Assembly (NCBI GenBank): GCA_043228905.1 | Contig: JBHGNT010000013.1 | Location: 992,001 to 1,056,000 of the forward strand | DNA: 64,000 nt | Direction of reading: 5' to 3' | From: Azolla caroliniana | Lineage: Eukaryota; Plantae; Polypodiophyta | In this document: piece by piece, positions 36,490-56,200 of the stretch | How the letters are laid out: every line of letters starts with the position of its first letter | Numbering within the stretch: the stretch's first letter is position 1 | Position numbers and translations under genes: made by a program | The notes under the pieces: generated by a model | What the model saw: only the letters and a program-made list of their open reading frames with translations | What the model was told of the DNA's origin: nothing | Database searches by the model: none

Positions 36490-38683
36490 ATGTAGTTGGT
36501 TTCCATCAAAGACCTTATTATTGCAGGTTGTCCAAATGGTCCAGAGTGCCCAAAATCGTGTCCATTGGAGAAAATAGGCATTGTTGGATAGGACGCACTG
36601 AATTTGTCCAAATATCCAAAAGTGTTTGCCAAACCTTCGGCAAGGAAATATGTGATAAAGAGATGCACTTAATCTTTGTACAAATGTTGTAGTGAATGAG
36701 CAAGTCCATAATAAGTGTGGGACCGTTTCCAATCGTCCACCACATCTTGCACAATGCAGTGAGGCTGTCGATCTCTTTTGAAGATTCAACCCATTTCTAT
36801 TTTAAGTAGTTCATACTACAACTCACTGGGCCTTCACAAGGGAATAACATTGTACCAACCAAGCCACAGGTTTGTGCCATTCTTATCATTTTGTTGATGA
36901 CTCTCATCTGGTAAACTCCCTATCCTCAATGGCACAATACATCGCATGTTGTGAAATTAATGTGCATGCCGTGTGAAAATTTGAGTAGGACCACTAAGGA
37001 CCTAGATTAGAGAAAATGATGTGCTTTATGGAGGGTCTTGATTTTGCATATGTGAGATGGCATGTGTCATGCTTTTTCTTACTATTTCCTTCTTGGTTTG
37101 TGGGGGTTGGAATGTGTGTTAGAACATGTAAATGCGAATTAGTATTGAGTGAGTGACTATGTGCTGAAGTGGAATTGAATTAGGGCAGTGTATATTAAAG
37201 AATTTGTAAGTAATGGGGTAATGCAAGTATATACGTGTAGTCGTTTTTCCTCATAAGCATATATGTATGTGCACTTGCAAGTAAATGAAGATGAGGTGGA
37301 GTGTGTTTTTTTGAGCTTTTGTTCAACAACTCAAAGGCCCTCTTACAACATTGTTCAAAGAAGTGTAGAATTCTAATAAGATACCTAATTTATGGAAATT
37401 GCCTCATTAATCTTATACTAAAAGTTCCCTCTTGTGTTTCGTTCTATCAATGGAGACCAATATAATTAATGGGTTGTTAAGTAGTAGTAAATGATCATGG
37501 ATTACATGAAGGAACCAAAACAACAAATTTTAATGATACAACTAGATATAGAGAAGGCATATGATCATGTAAGTTGGTCTTCTGTTACCCAACTTATGTC
37601 TCATATGGGTTTTGATGTAAGGACGTCTCTCTCTTTTATGTTGGGGTTAGGTGTAGTGTCACATGTTATGTTAAATGGTGTATTTAGTCAAGCAATACCA
37701 TTGACAATGTCACTAAGACAAGGACGCTCATTGAGTCCATTATTATTTGTCATTTTGTGGTAAGTTGCATGATGGGCAACATCTAGGAAAAAATAGTCGG
37801 TCTTGCTCTACCATCCAGAAAACAATTGATATCCCAAGCATTGGGAGATGATTCATTCTCGTTTCTCAAAGCTTTACCTAATAATATAGCCAAAGCCATG
37901 GATGAATGGAATGTGTTTGCTTATTAATATACGAAAGTCAAATTATGTTTATTAGATGCATTGAGTGATTTTGTTGATCTTGGATGGTGTCACCAAATAT
38001 TAGATCAAGAATATGTATGCCAATAATTAGGTTACCCTATTCGTGTTGTATCTCGCCATCTCAAAGTTTGAACTAGATTTCGATTACAATATTGGATAAG
38101 TTTAAGTATTGGGAGTCTCAACCTTGGCAATTTAGCACTTGTGTTGAAGTGGTACAAGCAATTATGATCCTAATGATCTCTTAATTTTTGTCATTATTAC
38201 CATGGACAAAGAAATCACTCGATCGCTTGGCTCATTCACTAAAATATAGGAAGAAAGATTCAAATTTGGAATGAGGAGTGTTTCATATAGCAATATATGT
38301 ACCCTAAAACATTTAGCCACGTCGGTCTTAGTAAATTTAGAAGATCATATGGTGGCTCAAAAATATTTAACCTTTTAAAATGTATATGTGCATGCACTCA
38401 AGGACATAAATAATTTGTCATTTTGTAGAGAAGGTGGGTATATACCATGGGAAAACAAAATTTATAACTTTGTGGTGGCATGTTGGGGATAGTACTCAAA
38501 CAAATAAATGTTCAAAATCAAATGGTTCAATAATTAGTGTGTCGTTGGCAACAATATTTGAAATGGTTCAATTGGAAAGCCCCTAAGTAATTTTTTGACA
38601 ACAAATGTGTTAGCAACCTCAAGAATATTACATTAGGATGGAAAGAAAGTCTCAAGTTAGAGTTCAAATGAATTGTAAGGCTT

Positions 38684-39191
38684 TTTTTTTCCAAAAAAAA
38701 ACTCCTTCCATTAGTTATAAAATTTTATAAATGAGAGTGTTATATAAAAATCCCTATAGGGACGCGATAGTTCCATCTTATGTGGATACCCACTGACTCA
38801 AGAAAGGGAGAGGACGACCATTGTTGGATGAAGGCTAGTCGTTGTCTTTCAACTCCATCGGATCCGCTCGTGAGGCCATCATATTGGCTCTTTAGAGTGG
38901 CTACAAATTCACTTCATATCTCTTGCATTAACATTGTTGGATGCATGGTTTGGTTAGAGAATACCCGTGTGCATCGTTGTTTCCATAGAATCCAATGAGT
39001 TATTGGGTTGATCAATTCCAACCATAGTTCTAGCCATACGTCCCATTCGTGTCATACTCAAACGCCAATATTCGTATCATACTCATACGTGAAAAGGCTC
39101 CAAGTATGATTGAAATCCATACGCGGTACATAGATATATTATATATACATATGGTGTATATGGTGTACATAGTGTGTGTGTGTGTGTGAGG

Positions 39192-39228
<37 letters not shown>

Positions 39229-41569
39229 TGTGTGGTCTAGAGAGAGAAGCCCTGTTTTGCATGTGTGAGGAGACAGTGATTGAGTGTATATCTAGACTCT
39301 AGAGAGAGAGAGAGAGAGAGGAGCTATGGGTTTTGTCTGTGTGAGGGAGTATGTAATATGTATATTAGATATCTAGATTTTGTAGAGAGAGAAAATCTGT
39401 CAGTTCTCGTGTGAGAGAGAGAGAGTGTGTGTGTATGTGTGTCAGATGTCACTTCTATTCACAAAATATTATGAATATCAAAAATTAAAAAAACCAAAAA
39501 AAAGTCAAAAGAAAAAAAAAAAAGCCAAACGAATATCGCGTATCATACGCGTACGTTTGCAAACGTTCGCGTACGTCCAGTAAATTGGACGTACGCGAAT
39601 ATTAGGAACTATGATTCCAACACAACTTGAAATTTGGCATTAATAGGAGTTGAGTGGATATTGTCAATGGTGGGAAATAGAATCTCTTGTTCTTTTATCA
39701 TCAAAGGCATCCCCTCTTCTTGATAGTCAACCCTTTCCACTGGGACCTGCCATGATAACCAACATGCATTTCCCCACTTGATTGTGCCTTGCACCTAGCA
39801 CAACTGCAATTGGCAGCCAACCCCCGCCATATTCTATGGGTCTTTGGGCAGTCCCACAAGGCATGTCGGATTGATTTTGTTGCATTTGGGCATGCCACAC
39901 AATTAGGAGAACTAAGGTTTCCATGATGCCATGCTCCAACCGATATCGACTTATGTATTAATAGCCATTGGAACATGGTAATTCGCTTAGCATGTTGTTG
40001 TTTCCAAAATTTCTGCCAAAACATAGTGATAGTTGTATGAGGAATATTGTTATGGGCATGACCATACTTTAAAACTTACCACGGGATATTATATGGTCAT
40101 GTTCGTAACAAATATGATATGTGTGTCATACCTTTGCAGTAGCCAGCTGTCGGGCAGTTTGAGCGACTAGAATGTAGCAACCCAATCTAGTCATGAATTG
40201 AAAGAAAGGAATGGCTTTGCTTCCTTGACCTGCATAGATCGTGTCACGTCCATTGCAAAGGGTTCTAACTGACCTTACATAGCCATGTGTTTTCATGAGT
40301 ACATATGTGTCATTCTAGTTGTACTTTGATCAGATCGGGATCTACAATCCATTTATGACCAGTATATGTGATTACTCGAATTGATATATTCAATGTTGGT
40401 GTCTCATTGTCTCGCAATTCGTGGCCTTCGATCTTGTCTGGTATTTCCTTACCTCTTGGGATCAAAGAAGCCTCCTCCTCATAGCCTATCCACTTCTCCA
40501 TTATCGTCCTTTGATTAGTAGCTTCCCTAAGCAATAGAGCGTTAATAATTTCAGATATCATAGTCCATCCGTCGATGATTCCATGGAGTATATTGGATTG
40601 ACCTTGTATTGGCAATGACAAACCATTCCCAACATTCTATACTCTTTCCTAGACCTTCTGCAATGTATCCCCATGACAACCCCTTACTTGATCCAATTAG
40701 TTGCCCAGATTCACCTATGATACATCAGTTCCATAGGATGTGTTGACTAAGCCATGTAGGTTCAGAATTAGGTTGATCGCACTAGAGCCCTCATCTTATG
40801 TCACACTACGCCTTCCACATCGATGCACTGAATCAATCCTCCAATTGGTGTGAGAAACGTGGTTTGAGATCCATGTTTAGAACTCGCACTCTCACCAAAG
40901 CCTCCTGGATATAGAATTTGCAGATGACAGCACAGTCTACATGCAAGGGGACTTTGAAAATCTAAAGAAGAGCCATGTTTTGCAAGAGGCCAAACGCCAT
41001 GATCAATTGGCACAAATCCTATGCATTATGGCTTTCTCATGAAGCACATCTTGCATGGCACCCAAATCCCACTTTCAAGTGGATCAATCAAGGGGCGAGC
41101 ACCAAATATTTGGGTTTCCAAATTGGATTCAACACTCCTCTAGAGACAATGAGTGCACCAATTATTCACTCCACTGGACAAAAGTTGATACATTGGAGCT
41201 CGAAAAAACTCTCGCTAGCAGGTCACATCATAGTGGCAAACTAGGTATTACTTGCAACATAATGGTACAGCCTATCATGTTGGACAATCTCCAAGGAAAG
41301 TATACATCAAATTCAACAACTAGTATGCAACTACATTTAGTCTGGTAAGGAAGATCATGCAACTCTAGCCAAGGTGGCGTGGCCCATACTCACATCACCT
41401 AAGTCAACAGGAGGATTGGATCTAGTTGATCCCCTCTCACAATCCTAAGTCAAGAGGAGGATTTGTGGTGCGAGGACTCCAACCAGGGGATGACTGCTAG
41501 AAAATGCTACTGCGGTTACGCTTCACTTACTTTGCCATGAAAAGGAGCCAATTAGGCCCCCCAAATGGG
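38684..41569 (-). mobile_element. Younger L1-like LINE: 3' part on the minus strand (38684-~40800) and an inverted upstream part on the plus strand (~40800-41569)
   Basis: Poly(A) read as a T-run at 38682-38690; zf-RVT CVACPNATKSIRHALWDC (39701-40024, -); RT FADD, KYLG, LSLAG and GGL motifs on + (40910-41430); imperfect 16-bp TSD ATGAATTGTAAGGCTT / ATGAATGGCAAGGCTT. Same family as 60637-61530. Confidence 0.75.
39023..39613. mobile_element. Non-autonomous hAT-type MITE (591 bp) inside the LINE
   Basis: 8-bp TSD ATTCCAAC (39015-39022 and 39614-39621); TIR CATAGTTC.../...GAACTATG; TACG subterminal motifs; internal (GA)n and (GT)n. Confidence 0.85.
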
Positions 41570-43640
41570 ATGAATGGCAAGGCTTGGTTTGGTAGCTGTG
41601 AAAGATGTTATCTTAAAGTCATATAGGCAAATGAAGACCTTTCGAAACGTCAGAAGTAGGCTTCACATACCACATGGATATGGGAATATTTTGGCGACCA
41701 ATATTGGCATTGCCTAGTCTACATTCTCCAATTCCAAAGTTAGTAGTGGAGGAATCATGAAAAGATTGGACATTCAGAAGTGAAAAAATGATAATTATGG
41801 TGTACACCAATGATGTGTAGCATAAGCTAGTTGAAGATAGGGTTTGATTAGCAAAGTAGTTTTTACATACATGCCTGATAGAGCTTGATTAGTGGTGGTG
41901 TGAAGTTTTAGATGTAAGATAGTATTCTCATCTTCCATTTGGTGCAAATGTGTTTCTTTGGCATGTGATGGTCAATGGGTTACCTTTGGTGATGGCTTTA
42001 AAACAAATATATACTTTGAATGGTATATGTTTTCTATACAATGATTGAGGAAGATGATAAACATAGGTTCATTACATGCCCAATTGCTAAAGCCATTTGG
42101 GTTGTTTTATCACAAATTTGGGCACCATTAACATGTACTTCATCACCTTTAAATGGGTTTTCATTGATGGTGAGTTCCACCCACCCCAATGTAACAAGTG
42201 GTGTTCAACTATCTTGGGTATTGAGGGATCTTATATAATTAGTGTTGAGAAATGGGTTCTTGTTGAGTTGGTAGGCACCACAACAAATATGTAAGTTGAA
42301 AGGAAAGTTGATTTGGCCATTTCGCATCTATGTCACATTGTTTCAGAATTAGGTAGATTTATGTCATCTCGTTTTACAACACGTAAGAGGGTTTACATTG
42401 CCATATTGCTTCTAATGAAATAATTGAGATAGCAAGGTTTTGTATTATCATCTTGTTTATATACAGACATATACTTAAGAGAGAGAGAGAGAGAGAGAGA
42501 GAGCATAGAATATATGTTTATGAGAGAACATGGCATCAAAAGTACAATGTACAATGTATGTATGCAGCCCAAATGCATTAGGAAGGAAAATGAAACACAT
42601 ATTGTGATTCAACATTCAAACTTAATAGAACACATGAAAGTTGGAGACACATGGATGTAGGATTGCCTAGTTGGTGAAGTTGTGGCAATTTGGGAACTAC
42701 GGTAAGCTAGCAAGATATTTTGATAATATGCCCTAATAACATACTTCAACGCTTTGCTAATTTAAGCTTGGACATCACAAATATTGAAGTAGACGAAGGA
42801 AACGTACTGATGTAGAAGAAAAGGTGGTCTTTTCTTGGTGAACATCATAACTTGTTAATTCCCTATGGAACCTATGGGCTTGGAATTACTGAAGAAAAAC
42901 AATATTCATCTATGACGCTAGTGAAGGGTCAAGTACCTCCATTCCCATTGTGACACTATTCCCATAATCTTCAAAGAGGCCATATTTGACATTGTTGTGA
43001 TGTAAGATACTTGAAATGATTTCACATTACATTCATTCTTGCTCTACATGCCAAAGAACATTATAACAAATTGGGAAAGTGCACCAAAAACAGCCATGTC
43101 TATCAGTTTCAAGTATTAATCATCAGTCAAATGTCATAACATAGTTGTGCTAGAGTTACGTTCTCACTATGAAGAAAAAGCTTTCGTAAGTATAAATAAA
43201 ATAACATCAAAAATATCACTATGAAGAATCGGATATATTGTTCAATATCAACCCTTAGGTTGGGGTACCTGTGACAATGAGTTCATGGCAATATCTTGGG
43301 ATGGATGATGCCCTGGAAAAGGTTGAACACTAAACAATATAGGGAAGCTTATATTAACACTATTGTTACCATGTTACAATTCATGTCATAAAGAATGTCA
43401 AAGTGGGAGTTCGGCCTTTGGCTATGTAAACACAAACTAGATGGCACTATTCTAAGTGATCTCTTATTCATACATTCATTCAATGTATGTAGGCTTTAAG
43501 TTTGGTTTGAAGCCCGAAAGGAAAATCTCACTGTACTGTATTAAGCAATTGCGTGAATGCATATATGCAGAAACATTATGCATCTCAGGTGTCAAAACTA
43601 TTGTGCACATGGAGGAATGCTCATAAATATGATTTACAAC

Positions 43641-50679
<7,039 letters not shown>

Positions 50680-52843
50680 TTTGTTTTTTATTTTTATGGA
50701 ATGACCTGTCGGCACGTACTTTACCTATGGATCGAAGACAACTACGTTGGGGGGGCACGTAGAAATAAATGAATGGTAAGAAAGCGGCATCCTCCTTGTC
50801 CTTCTGGAGAAGGGAAGGGTGGGGTGGGGGTGGGGATGTCTCACCCACTCGTGGAATCCCACTCTATAAATAACTTATTGGTAGAGGCTGAATGGATAAG
50901 GATCGTTGGTTCATACTGCACAACAATAGGAAAGTCGAGACTTCTATCGTTTTGTTCTGAATACAGGCTACGGTTCCCTCCTTCTCTACTCTTCCAGATG
51001 CGGCAGAACCTTATGATAATGATATGTTACACATGAGCAGCGCTACGTAGAACAATATGGTTGATGGTCACGTAGTGACATGCGTTCCCTCCTCGCGTGT
51101 TTCCATCTTCATACCTTTACATTCTAGTCACATCAATGTTATGAACACATGTGGTGTTTTGTTGGTTGGAATTATGGCATCTCCTTATTATTATAAACAA
51201 TGGTTTATCGTAGATGAATATGGTGCATCTAGAGAAAAATGTTTTGATGTAGTTGAATATGGTGTCTCGAATGGTGTGGCATTCTTATTGGTTTGGAAAT
51301 ACATCTCAATCCTTCTTGAGGGAAAAGGATTGAGAGTCGACACAAAAATGAAAAAGGTATGTGCATGGAAACTGAACTCGAACATGGTCAAATGCAACAT
51401 ATTGTCACGACCCAAGCTTCGAAGACGAAGTCAATGACTAAGAAAAGAATATAGTAACAAACAAGAAGACAATAACAAGACAAGATGACAAGAATTTGTA
51501 TTATCATAAACCAAGATTGGATGAAGGCTGGTGTTGAACCAAATCTTCGACTTATATAGTGTACAGAGGATTGTGCATGATCGCCATTTGGCATACATGT
51601 TGTGTGCCACTTGGCCTACATGCATGCATGCCATTTGGCGGTCATCTACGATGTCTAGGGTCCCATAAATTCTTTGTAGAGAATTGGATATGATTCTTGT
51701 GCAGCGTGAGAGATGTGTGTTATGTGTATGTGTGAGAGGAAAGAGATGAGAGAAGAGAATACACAAGATAGATAAATGGGGAAAAAAATGTACTCAAGAA
51801 GAAAGTGTACATTAACAAGGAGAATAGTAAATACAAAATGTAGCATTACAAGGAGTCACAACTGACACTTTGTGAAGTAGGAGGAGGGTGCTTTATATAA
51901 GGTCACCCTCTCTCTTCATTAACTCACTACAATGTATACTCTCTCTCTAGAACATTGAGGAATGTGAAGACTCATTAGTTATGGGGAATATGGAACTCAT
52001 TAGTTATGTGTCATAGAATATGATTTTATGACACATAGTTAATGTGTAGAGAGTAGTGATGTAACTTTTGACATTTGAGTGCTCATAGATTCTCAAAGGA
52101 TGTGTTCACACACAATGTTAGGTTGAGCTTGATTCTCAACATGTCCCCTCAAGTTCAACTCGGGCGGTTCCTTTTGGTTGATGTCCGCTTCGGCTGGTAT
52201 CCGGTTCTCTCTTGTACTCCCCCTCAAGCTTGGCAAGTCAAGGATCATCAATCCAAGGTCTGACGTGAATTGTCGAAGCTTGTCGGCTCCTAAGGCTTTG
52301 GTGAAGATGTCGGTTGTTTGAAGATGTGTGTTGATGTGTTGAAGATCAACATCTCCTTCCTGAATGCGCTCTCGAATGAAGTGATAATGCACTTCGATAT
52401 GTTTCGCGCGTGCGTGGAACACCAGGTTCTAAGCCAGATAAATACTGCTCATGTTGTCATAGTAAAGGGGAATCAGATCCTTCAATATCCTCTTGAGCTA
52501 TACGGCTTCACATGCAGCAACGATTGTGCCCCTGTATTTGGCCTCTGTGCTCGAAAGAGTGACAATTGGTTGCTTCTTGCTACTCCACAAAATCGCTCTC
52601 TTGCCGAGGGAGAAAACAAATACGGAGATCAATCGTCGATTGGCTCTGTAGCCGGCCTAGTCAGCATCTGTGTATCCTTCGAGTGGAATTGGTGTGGCCG
52701 ATCTGTAGAGAATACCATGGTCCATCATTCCACTCACATATCATAACACTCACTTAGCACAATCGAAATGATATATCTCGCGGAGTTTGCATGAATTGGC
52801 TAAAGAGGCCGACCGAATAGTTGAGGTCGGGTCGAGTGATCGT

Positions 52844-53248
52844 TGTCATTATATGACAAGGCTCGAACCCATGACATCATGTTACATGGGTGGAGCTCTT
52901 GACCATTAGATTATATGTTGTAATACGAAGAATATTATTTTCATTCAAGTTTTACTATAGAAAATTGATGTATATTCCATATTTCTCTAGAACATTCTAG
53001 AAACTTCAGGAGTACTCCTAAGAACACTATAAAAGGAGGCACAAGGCATTATTCTGAACCAAATTGGTTCAACGCTAGTCTTAAGCCTCCTAGCTACTAT
53101 TGTATATTCTCTTAACATAATATATATCTTTTATTATCATCATTCTCTCTCTCTCTCTTTCCTTCTCTCGAGAGTTCTACACCTCCATTAGTACTAATCC
53201 TCATCTTTTAGTACTAATTCCTTCTCTGTCTTAGTACTGCTCCTGATA
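52844..53248 (+). repeat. 5' LTR of Gypsy G
   Basis: Direct repeat of 62708-63103; TGTCA...TGA(T)A; TATA at 53028. Confidence 0.88.
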
Positions 53249-56200
53249 GTTTGAACCGATTTACCGTCTCCTTTCTTCTCTTCCTTTATCTTCTTACTTC
53301 TCCCTCCCTTCATACTAATATATTATTCCTCTTTTCTCTCATACTAGGGCCACTGTCAACGCTCAAGAATATCAATCCGTTTTTTCGGAGTTGCAATGCT
53401 TGAAAGAGAAGTTTCTCTCATTGGAACAATAAAATCAATAATTGTTGGGGGAGCTTCAACAAATCTCCTTAGAGAAGCAGCAGACGCAACAACAACATGG
53501 GGAAATAGTGTTACGCGTGCAACAACTCGAAGCAACCATAGTAGTGATGCAATAACAAGGACCCAGTATGCGAGGGGTTCATACAGAACCCAAGATTGGC
53601 CTTCCCATGAAATTCAATGGAACGCGATCGCAGTTTAGAGGATTCCTTAATCAGATACGATTAGTCATTCAAGTGCATCCTTCCTGATATCCCACCGATG
53701 CATCACGAGTGGGTTTAGTAGGCACGTTGTTAAGTGGCTCAGCTTTGGCATAGTTCGCTTCGTTGTTAGAAAAGGAATCTCCTTTACTAAACAATTTTGA
53801 AGAGTTTTTAAGTGAGTTTAAAGCCTAGTTTAGAGATATTGACAACATAAGGACAACAATCAACAAAATCTGACGATTACGTCAAGGTGATCGTCCAGCC
53901 TTCGCATACACTGCATATTTCTGCCTACTTGCCTCCGATATCCCCTAGGATGACCAAGCACTAATGGAGCAATTTCGTTATGGTCTACGTAACGATGTCA
54001 AGGATTTACTCTTGACCTTCCCTGAAGAACCAAAGTCATTGACAAAAGCAATCAGTCGCGCAGTGAGATGCGACAACCGTCTTTTTGAACGATGTTCAGA
54101 ATGTCAATTCCAGATGCCAAGGGCAAGATCAGAGCCCACCTACACCTCAATGGTAGCAAAACCTTTTCCAAGGGAGTCATATAATGCGTCTCCAGTGAAT
54201 ACTCCAACTCCGATGGAAAATTGACACTACACGTCGCTGCGGACCATTATCGGAAGAAGAAAAGCAACGAGCCGAGCAAATCGACTATGTCTTTATTGCG
54301 GTGGACCAGGGCATATTGTAGTGAACTGTCCCCATAGGCCAAGAAGTCAGGTAAACCAAATAGTTGTTAGTTCTAATTGTACTAAATCCGAGTCTATTTC
54401 AGTAGGAATATCTGATAGTCAATAGTACTAATAGCCCAAATCTATCGAACAAATTTGATGTCCTCAGTCAATTAAAAGAAGAGTTAAATGACTAAGCCCA
54501 ACCAAAATAGGAGACGTTTGGTTGGACAGCCCTAGATTTGTGCAGCCCATTAGTGGTTCCATTCCCTCTAAGCAAGTTAGCAATGTGTTCTTAGCCCAAG
54601 TAACAGTTAGTACCTCTCTAGTGCATGTCTCAGCACTCCTAGATTCCGGAGCTAATTCTTGCTTCATGGATAGGAATTTTTCCCTAGCTCATCAGATATC
54701 CCTAAGAAAACTCTTGTGTCCAGCCTCTGTAGTGGTCATTGATGGTCGTCCCATTGCTTCCGAAAATATCATAGAAGAGTCAGAGCCTGTTAATATTGTC
54801 CTAGATAATTTAGCGTGTGTAGTATCCTTTAATATAATTTGTATCCTAGAACATCCCATTGTTTTGGGATTACCATGGTTCGAATTAACCCAGATATAGA
54901 TTGGAGAACAAGAGAAATCCGGTATCGACAAACCCGAGGATCTACTTATAAGATTGCAACCATTTCGCTACATCAGTTGCGTGAGGAAGGACGTAAGGAA
55001 GAAATGTTTCTCTTCGTAGTACTAGTAAAACCCTCCAACACTACCAAAGAGGAGTCCATCGTTCAACTTCCAGAGAAGTATCGTCATTATGTCGATGTGT
55101 TTGATAAAGTACAAGCCAATACGCTTCCTCACCATCGACCGTATGATTGCCCCATTGATTTACAATCGGGAAAAGAGCAACCATGGGGACCGATCTAGAA
55201 TTTGTCACCAACCGAGCTAGAAGTCCTTCGAGCCTATATAGAGGAGAATTTGGCAAATGGTTTCATTCGACATTCGAAATCTCTAGCCGGCGCACCCATT
55301 TCTTCGTCAAGAAAAAGGATGGATTACTTCGTCTCGTCGTAGATTATCGTGACTTGAATAAGGTCACCATCAGGAATAGGTATGCACTTCCCCTTATCCC
55401 AAGTCTTTTAGAACGGATCAATGGTGCAAGGTTCTTCACAAAGATCGACTTACGAGGAGCATATAACCTCGCACGGATCCGACCAGGAGATGAATGGAAG
55501 ACCGTGTTTCGCACCAGATATGGGCACTTCGAGTATACGGTCAGGCCATTCGGCCTCACTAATACGCCATCAGTCTTCTAGCACATGGCAAATGATATAT
55601 TCCGAAATCTCTTGGATATTTGTTTGGTCATCTATTTGGATGATCTACTGGTTTATTCGAAAACCCAAGAAGAGCATGATTCTCATGTATTGTTAGTACT
55701 AAAACGACTTTGAGAACATGGTCTTTATGCAAAGCTGGAAAAATGTAGTTTCGAGTGCAATCAAGTAGAATTTTTGGGTTATGTCATTTCCTCAGAAGGC
55801 ATCTCCATGGATCCAACTAAGGTCAAAACAGTGGTAGTGTGACAGACTACGCGTTCGTTGCGAGATGTGCAATGCTTTTTAGGCTTTGCCAATTTCTACC
55901 GAAGTTTATACAATATTACTCAAAGCTTGTTCTACCTCTCACACAGCTTACCAAGAAGGGAAAATCGTTCGTTTGGTCTGAAGAAGCAGACATGGCTTTT
56001 GAGAGTCTTAAGAAGGCATTTACATCAGCTCCTATTCTGGCTCATGTTGATCCGGAAAAACCATTCATCATCAAAGCAGATGCGTCGGATTTCGCCTTGG
56101 GTAGCATTTTGTCACAACAAGACGATGATGAAAAGTTCCATCCTGTGGCTTTCCACTCACGCAAGTTTGACACCGCCGAAATCCACTATGAAATTCATGA

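Larger units (their letters stand above)
19006..36791 (-). mobile_element. 5'-truncated L1-like LINE (~0.5 kb: 19006-19219 plus 36495-36791) split by the Copia C nest
   Basis: zf-RVT-like CARCGGRLETVPHLLWTC...LWTIW (36460-36789), poly(A) tail read as a T-run at 19005-19012, and a 16-bp TSD CATTTCTATTTTAAGT at 18990-19005 and 36792-36807. Confidence 0.85.
37360..42300 (+). mobile_element. Old, heavily degenerate L1-like LINE ORF2 (37360-38667 and 41586-42300), interrupted by a younger LINE
   Basis: RT motifs WRPI (~37450), LDIEKAYDHVSW and LRQGRSLSPLLF (37491-37763); zf-RVT-like EEDDKHRFITCPIAKAIW (42020-42238). Boundaries approximate. Confidence 0.7.

Noticed and set aside
42500-42860. Possible PPR pseudogene remnant (ASKIFDNMP-like), with similar hints at ~18380-18900
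   Set aside because: Only isolated short motifs across frameshifts; cannot be supported without a profile search.
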